64,000 nucleotides of DNA, from assembly GCF_009914755.1 (NCBI RefSeq), contig NC_060930.1. The stretch is one strand, 5' to 3'. The first letter of the stretch is position 1; each line of letters starts with the position of its first letter. Origin of the DNA: the human T2T-CHM13v2.0 reference genome, Homo sapiens. The position numbers and the translations under genes were made by a program. This document shows positions 54,811 through 64,000 of this stretch, one piece after another. The notes below the pieces were generated by a model. The model was not told where the DNA came from and searched no databases. It was given only the letters and a program-made list of their open reading frames with translations.

Positions 54811-57800
54811 GTTTTTTTAAAAGACCAAATATAAATTCAGTTTAAGATATATTTTTCCTTGTTTTCTTCTTTATATAAATATGTTGAAGAAAATCCTATA
54901 TTATTAAAAATAAAGGCACAATATAGGGGCATAGAGGATTAATAATGAAAAGACAGAGGAAATCTATGGCTGAGAAAATCAAAATACAATAATATAAACA
55001 GAAGTGACATTGAAGTGGCCCTCAGCTCTTGTAGCTTGGCTCTTCCCTTATTTAATCTGCATATATTCAGATGTCAATGAATCGAATTAACCAAAAATAG
55101 CAGTAACTCATATTAATTCAAAGGTTCAAATCAAGTTTGAATTGGTAAATAGGAAGTTACAAAGCCTGCTTTGGGTCAAGCCATATCATCTTTTCCCCGA
55201 ATTGTGAAAATATGACCCTGACCTCAGATTTACTTAATTAGGCCCTCCAAATTAACCTTTAAACATTGGCAGCATGATGATGACATGTCTATGCCTAACA
55301 CTTGTCATTGAATCTGCAAGGTGTAAGGGGTAAAATGAGATTCTCAGGTAATATATGGATATCTCCTTCATACGACTCTGCTTACTTCCAGCTTCATCTC
55401 TCAGATCCTTCTGGGAATCTTCTGTTCTAAGGAAAACAAATTATTTGTTGTTCAACGAACACATTCTCTCTCACACCTGTTTCTTTGCTCTTTGTCTGCT
55501 TTCGTGTCTGCTCCAAAAAAGAAGTCATCTCATATTTTATATTTCACATACTTACAACCTCTTGTAAGCTGTAGTAGCCTCTGCTGGTGTCTCCAAGTAG
55601 AATGAATAACTCTCTTAGTTTTGTCCCATTCTTTCTTGTAACTATTACAATATGTATGTATGTCTTCCCTTACAGTAAGGCCCTAAGATCCCTGATGATG
55701 GCAACCATGTGATATTTATATTTATGTCCTCAGCACTAAGCAGGCTTCACAGAGAAAATCAATATTTGTTGAAGGAAAGATGAAAGAAAGTAGTGGGGAG
55801 AAAAGGAAATAACTGTTGAGCCATACGGGGAATATTTGATATTGCCTATCTAGAGAAGGAAGAGGACAGTATCGACTATAGACTATTGCTTCAGATGACA
55901 TATAAAACATTTACATTTTTTTAAAAATATAAGAGTTAATTTAATTCATGTATTTATAAAATGCTAAGATTTCAAAATAATCACTATGCTAGCTAGAATA
56001 ATGATGGAGGAAAAACTGCAGATTCAAGTTTTCATTGATTTATTTTTGTGTCTCAGTACCAAATTCTAAAGTTTTGGAAAAATTTTGACATCCAACAATC
56101 TCTCATTATTTTTCTCCTTATTTATATCCTTAATCTCTATCAGAGAGATTAACACCTTGACTTTAAAAGATAATCAAAGAAATAAACAAATTAATAAGTT
56201 TCCACTGGCTCTAAATTTTGAAGTTTGCACTTACAAAAAGCTAGATTACTTTAGATTAAAAAGACTCCAATTTAAAGATTAAGCATATCACAATAGGTCA
56301 CAATGCTCATTTTTTGACAGACATCTCAGTGAGTTTTCGTTTTTCTTTGTCTTTTCATCTCTAATCTTGAGATAATTTTAATTTCTAGTTCTTGGTCAAA
56401 GTATTTATTTTTTCTATTTGTAGCTTACACAAGTAGGAAAAACACTGAGTTTGCACTGTATCTCTTCCCTCGTAAGCTACATTGAGGTTTGGAGGTACTC
56501 ATCACAGTACAATCAGTGAATGAGTGGTTTCTACAGGGAAAATATGGCAATAAATGAGTAATATATGTGGATGCTATCATCCCTCACTTTTTAGACAAAT
56601 ATTATCCTTAACCCCAATAGTTACACCCCATCTTTCTAAGAAACCCTTACTCTGAAAACTAACCACTCTAACTCCTCTTCCATTGACATTATTGTTGAAT
56701 TTAGTGTGGTGACTATCACTCTTGATTCAGATCTTACTTTCTAACTCAATATAACCATTCTCCTTTCTTACTGTCAAGGATGGAATCTTTTAGGCTTACA
56801 GCCCATAAATTTTTCCCTAACTTCTGATGTTTTATCTACTTTTGGCTCACTTTCTTTTTTCCTATTATCAATATTTATGTATTTCCCTGATTTCTCACTG
56901 CTCTTAATTCCTTTTACTAATTATTTCTTTGAACCCTGTGATCTGGCTATTCCCTGGCCCAAATTCCTTCTGCTATTAATCTGTATATTTGTGTCAAGCC
57001 AAGATTCTTAGGTAGTACTGACATAACAAATCACTGACCTTTTATTTTCATACCTGCCTTATGTTAAAATTAGAGAGAAATTCATGAAGATCTTAAAAAA
57101 GAAACCAGCTGGCCACTCAGACACTGATCAGGAGGTGGTAATTTTAGTTTGAGTCACTCAAAGCAGACATACAAATTTATAAATTCAATGGGCTCAGGGT
57201 TTAATACATTTAAGGGAACTGACTCATCAACTAGACATACAATATGTGAATGCACAAACTGGAAGGTGGATTATTAAGTTAGAGTGAGAAATATAACTGA
57301 AAGGTAAACTAGGCAATTTGTGTCTCTATTCAGCTCGTTCTGTCTTGACGAGTAAGTAAAAAGTCATTAAGACCTGTTTGATAACCGTAGAATCACAACA
57401 AGGGAAACTAGAAAATATTTTCCTCCAGATTTAAAAAAAATTGCACACATTTAATATACACATCTCGATGAGCTTGAACATATGCAAATACTCATGATAC
57501 CATCACCACAACCAAGGTTGTGTATAATCTTAATAGCAATTACCTTCAAGTCACCATAGTCTGATGTATATGGATCTGTTTAATAGAGATATACAAAACA
57601 AAATATTTTGTCAACTGAGTGGTCTCTCCCTCTAATAGTAACAGAGATACACTGATTGAGGCTCTCTAGATTGTACAAGCATTCCAGCCATCAACAAAAT
57701 TTCCTTAGGTCAAATAAATGACATTAATTAAATTTTAATTTTTTAATAAATGATTTTTCTTTTTCTTTTTAATTTTTCTTGTTTTTTCCTTCTTGAGACT

Positions 57801-58700
57801 ACACTTAAGTCATCATGATTGCATGAAGGTCATTCTCAATTCTACTCAACCATCTATTTTTGGACCAATTCAATAATTAAATATTCACCTCAGTTGTGTA
57901 AAAAATAAGATCACTATTTTACCTTTGAAAATAAAATGTGTATGGGATAGGATTCATAACAATTTTACAAACATTTGAAATATTTGTGGCTTTCTAAATA
58001 TCATAGCAGCTGTAAATATTTAAGTCTGATCTGTCTTTGGTTTCAGAACTGAATGAAAATGAATAAATTTGAATCAGGTGACCTTATTTTTGGTGAGCTA
58101 TTTAAATACAAATTGGAACTCACTACTCTACTCCCCACTCTCAGAAAATTACCAAAAAAAAAAATTCCAATTCACATATACACCATCATTTTTAATCTCT
58201 CATATTCTTTGAAAACTGATATATTTCAGCATAGGAGTATATGCCACTCTTTCCTCTGCCTACATAAGTTTACACATGAATCCAACAAAGGTAAACCTAG
58301 ATTTTGATGATGAGCATACAGCATTAATAAAATATCCTTCAGAGAATGTACATTTTCTATAGAAATTTTATGTCAGATGTAACTCAACTTTAGTATTTCT
58401 CTTTATTGAAAGTAACCTGCATGCTAGGGAAAACAAGATTAACACTTGGCTATAGGCTATATGCTTTGCAACAGATAATTTTATCCCAAGACAATCTTTA
58501 GCCATGAGGTGTAAAAGCCTCCGAATACTGAGAATACCTTTCTTGTTAATGTTATTAAAAATCCTGAAGAGAAGGGTGAAGGCGAAGGGGAGAGGTGGCA
58601 GGAGGTATCTTCTTCAAGCATACATTTAATTTTATCTGAATTTTTAAAGATTTTGTTACGGAAATATTTGGTAGGTAAAGATTTTGTTGGTAAAATGAAT

Positions 58701-58840
58701 ACTATATATGCATATATATTATTATATATACTATATTATATGTATTATATGCTATATATGCATATATATTATTATGCTATATATAAACTTCTAAAGCAAA
58801 AGGAAGAGAGAGAGAGAAAAAGAGACAGAGAGAGAGAGAC
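58701..58840. repeat. TA-rich tract followed by (GA)n
   Basis: Direct observation. Confidence 0.85.
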
Positions 58841-59832
58841 ACTGTTATTTCTGATCATATTTATTTCTGGATGGTAAGCAGGAAATTGGAAATTATGGAA
58901 GCTCCACTGAGCTTAATTGTGCTTAACTGATCCACTCTGTTTAACTGACACTCTTGCAAGACCCAAATAATGTAAGACCATGAATGGAGAAGGGTCATTA
59001 ACCCAAAGAATGTTGATGTTAAAAGGGACTTATAGCGGTCTAACTCCTTTCCAAAATAGAAAAACATTCTATGACATCCAGGAACAACTTGAGCTCTTCT
59101 TCATTATGTTAACTGGAAAAAGAAAACATGATAGATTACATACATAGATAGATAGTTAGATAGATAAGTGCATACATACATACATAGAGTTAGTTGCTCA
59201 AATTAAGTTAGAGATATTTAGGCTTAACTCTTCATCATAATGATGAGTAAGAGGAAGAGGAGAATCAACGAGCCTTTTTGGTTACAATTCAATATTTCTA
59301 ATTCTAAATTTTTATATTCATTACAGACAGAAAATTTCTTTTTCCAAATTCATATACATGAGTTCTGTTTCTTTCCTCTGGAACAATTCTGAATTAAATA
59401 AAAACTGCCTACAAAATGTGATTTCTGAAAATAGTAAAACCAACTAAATGTAATTCTCCTTCTTTTCTTTCATTTATCTTAAATTGCTTTTGTTAATTTC
59501 CAGCAAACTTGAACAATATTTCTCACAAATAGGCAATGTGAAGGCAATTTGGCAACCTCTTTAGAAAGCTCACAATGGAGATTTATCTATTTTAGACTCT
59601 GAGTGGATCTCAGATTTTTATTGATTCCTTCCTCTCTGGAACAAAAGGTAAATTTTTCTTCTTTTGGGCCTATCAAATAAAAATAAATATAATACTGGCA
59701 ACAACAGTTACAATTGCAATAATCAAAGAAGATTAATTACTTTTACTTACAATAGACATTTGTTACAGTCAGATCATGCTGCTACGGGGTTTGCAGGGGG
59801 AAAAGCTGGGTTTTCATCAATGCTACCACAAA

Positions 59833-59851
59833 TGGCCGCCAGAGTGCACAC
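59833..59851 (+). promoter_or_regulatory. Candidate CTCF site overlapping a YY1-like motif
   Basis: TGGCCGCCAGAGTGCACAC; core CCGCCAGAGTGCAC matches CCRSYAGRKGGCRS at 13/14. Confidence 0.4.
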
Positions 59852-61506
59852 CAGAAAAAGAAGTCAGAAATCAGTTCTTTTGCAGCAAGGGGACATAAAG
59901 ACTTGTGATCCCTGAATTGATCATTACGATAACTTGGTTGTAGTTTGACTCATAGTTTTGCCAGTTTGTCCTTGTCAGACTAAGCACATACTATAATGTT
60001 CCACTAAATTCTATCAAGAGTGAGGGAGTGGTACAATCAGTTATAGGCTTAATTTCAAGCATCAAGGAATATCTAACACTTACTGTGGTCTGTACAATAT
60101 ATATGGGCATCATTAAAATCAGGAACTAGGGAGTTACATATACTGAGAGATATTAGTCAGGGGAAGTTTTCTTGAAACATAGTCCCTGGACAACTTGTAT
60201 CAGAATTACCTGGTGTCCTTGTCACATTTGAAGATTTGTGGTCCTATGACTTCGAATGTCTATAGTAAAGCTCAGCATTGTCAAAAGGCAATTTATATTC
60301 ATCAAATTGTTTTCACTGAATTATGAGAAACATTGGTTTCCAACAATATATGTTTTTGCTCATTGTTTTTTACTTTCAGCTCAAACCACTCTGAAATAAT
60401 TTCATATTCAGAAACATGGTCTTTACACTATTGAGAGATTCTCTCTTGGTTGGGAAAAGCTCAAGATAGAAATGCTATCAGAAGAGACTTTAATAGCCCG
60501 TGCCTTCTTTTATCATATGTGCCTATACACGGATGCAGATAATGGCTAAAGATACTATAGAAAAATCACTGTGTGCAAGCGTTGACACTGAAATATTTTT
60601 TCACTTGTGAATGATGGAGCAAAGAAAAACATAATTTACAGACCAGCAGAAAGACTATAGAAATTGCTGAATTATAATTTGAAGCTTCTTTTGATACTTC
60701 TAATGCATGAGACTGCTCATCAGAAATGTGAAAACTAACATTGTTTTAAATAAGCCAAATTAAGCCAAACTCTATACTGTATGTAACCACTTTAAAAAGT
60801 TATTGTTTAAATCATAAAAAGAGATTTTTTATAGGCTTCATGAATAAATACTTACCTAGTCTAGAAATATTTGGAAAGATAAGTTTATGCATGCAATTTT
60901 TGAAAAAATCAGGATTTGACCAAATAATTGGAAGATAACTTATAACAAAATATTGGGTTTTAAAATTTACTATTGAATGATACAATTTTAAAGACAGATA
61001 CATACACACACATATATTTATCAGTGTCAATAAAATGGTAATTCATTTTATTTTATACAAAATATGAATTCCATTCGATTACTTATTAACATTCTGTTAC
61101 TTTCAAGCAAATACATGGTGATTAAAAACATAGACTTGCCTGCTGTTGCTCTCAGTTATTAGCCTACTTAGTCTCTGCATGCCTCAGGTTCCACATAGTT
61201 ACAAGGGAGGAAATGACAGTACCTATTTCAGGTGTTGATTGAATGAATTTATATATTTATATATAATATTTTATATTTAATAAAATAAATATAAATAAAA
61301 TAAAACATGTAATAAAAATATATATTTATAAATATTTAAAATGGTTGGAGAAGTGGTTGGCACACAGCAGATGTTACATCACTTTTGATCTTTATATTTT
61401 GTAATTTTTTCTGAACATAAAGAGTCTATATTTTTACAAACAATGAATACAAAAGTGATAAAAATGATAGCATACTCATATTAACACCAAGAAAATAAAT
61501 GGATGT

Positions 61507-62699
61507 AGAAATAACTTGTTTTATTACACTTTGCTTTATTGCACTTTGTAGATATGGTGTTTTTCACAAATTGAAGGTTTGTGGCAACCCCGCATTGGAT
61601 CAAGTTTATCAGTGCCATTTTTTAACAGCATGTGCTCACTTTATGTCTCTGTGTCACATTTTGGTAATTCTTGTAATATTTCAGACTTATTTATTAATAT
61701 TATATCTATTTTAGTCATCTGTGATCAGTGATCTGTGATGTTACTATTGGAATTGTTTTGGGGTGCCACAAACTATGCAATTTAAAGATGGCAAACTTAA
61801 TTGATAAATGTCGAATGTGTCTGACTGCTCCACCAACTAGTCATTCCTCTGTCTCTCTCCCTCTTCTCAGGCCTCTCTATTACCTGAGACATAACAATAT
61901 TGATATTAGGTCAATTAATAACCCTACAATGGCCACTAAGTTTTCAAGTGACAGAAAGAGTTACGTCTCGCACGTTAAATCAAAAGCGAGAAATGCACTG
62001 GGTGTAGTGGTTTATGGTGAATCCCAGCACTTTAGAAGGCCAAGCCAGCAGGATTGCTTGAGCCCAGGAGTTCAAGACCAGGCTGGGAAACATAGCTGAG
62101 GTCTTGTCTCTACAAAATAAATAAAAAAATAAACCAAATTAAATGGGTGTGGTGGCACACACCTGTGGTCTCAGCTACTCAGGAAATTGAGTTGGGAGGA
62201 TCGTGTGAGCCCAGGAGGTCAGGCCTGCAGTGAGCCTTGTTCATGCCATTGTACTCCAGCTTTATCAACAGAGCAAAACCCTGTCTAAAAATTAAAATTA
62301 AAATTGCGAGTGCTAGAAATGGTTAAACTTATTGAAGAAGGCATGTGAAGGCTAGGACAGGATTTCGACATGCCTTCCTCAGTCTTCTTTGAGTTTTCAG
62401 GCTGAAAGCTAGGCCTCTTGTTTCAAGCAGCAAAGTTGTGAATGCAAAGGAAACAAATATTGAAGGGAATTAAAGCTTAATTCCAGTGAACACACAAGTA
62501 ATATAAAAGTGAAGTAGCCTTATTGCTGAAGTGGGGAAAGTTTCAGTAGTCTGGATAGAAGATCAAATCAGCCACAACATTCTGTAAACCAAAGCCTAAT
62601 CTTGAACTCTCTTCAATTCAATAAGGCTGAAAGAGGCAAGCAGACTGCAGAAGAAAAGTTTGAAGCTAGCAGAGGTTGGTTCACGAGAGTTAAAGACAG
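61507..62699 (+). mobile_element. Tigger1 5' portion (transposase pseudogene), interrupted by AluJ and cut by L1PA
   Basis: ACAAATTGAAGGTTTGTGGCAACCC; ORF start MATKFSSDRKS; peptide EEKFEASRGWF. Confidence 0.9.
61996..62304 (+). mobile_element. AluJ
   Basis: GGATTGCTTGAGCCCAGGAGTTCAAGACC..GAGCCCAGGAGGTC J-type diagnostics; tail (AAAATT)n. Confidence 0.9.

Positions 62700-64000
<1,301 letters not shown>

Overview
Primate (simian; human/great-ape-like) AT-rich, repeat-dense non-coding DNA, either a gene desert or a large intron. No protein-coding gene, RNA gene, CRISPR array or prokaryotic system can be supported; every ORF with recognisable protein similarity is a broken L1 ORF1/ORF2, MaLR-int, ERV1 pol/env or Tigger1 transposase remnant. 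The window is a fossil record of nested transposons: LINE-1 (L1PA4-like, L1PA5-7-like, L1PA10-13-like, L1PA15/16, two L1PB, several L1M), Alus (Y, S, J, FLAM), LTR elements (MER52, LTR9, LTR27/28-MER52 family with internal sequence, THE1, MLT1, MER41) and DNA transposons (Tigger1, Tigger3, Charlie1-like, MER20, MER30, MER53, MER63, MER5). Subfamily names come from my recall of consensus sequences and need RepeatMasker/Dfam confirmation. The most unusual structure is at 15.3-21.6 kb. Two L1PB copies are fused tail-to-tail; one carries an internal ~1 kb inversion whose junction holds a ~200 bp GC-rich segment I cannot assign to L1, plus a perfect fold-back hairpin. Other junctions also show templated or fold-back micro-insertions. 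A few candidate regulatory motifs (OCT-SOX in LTR9, CTCF/YY1, a motif-dense island) are noted. I found no convincing novel biological system.
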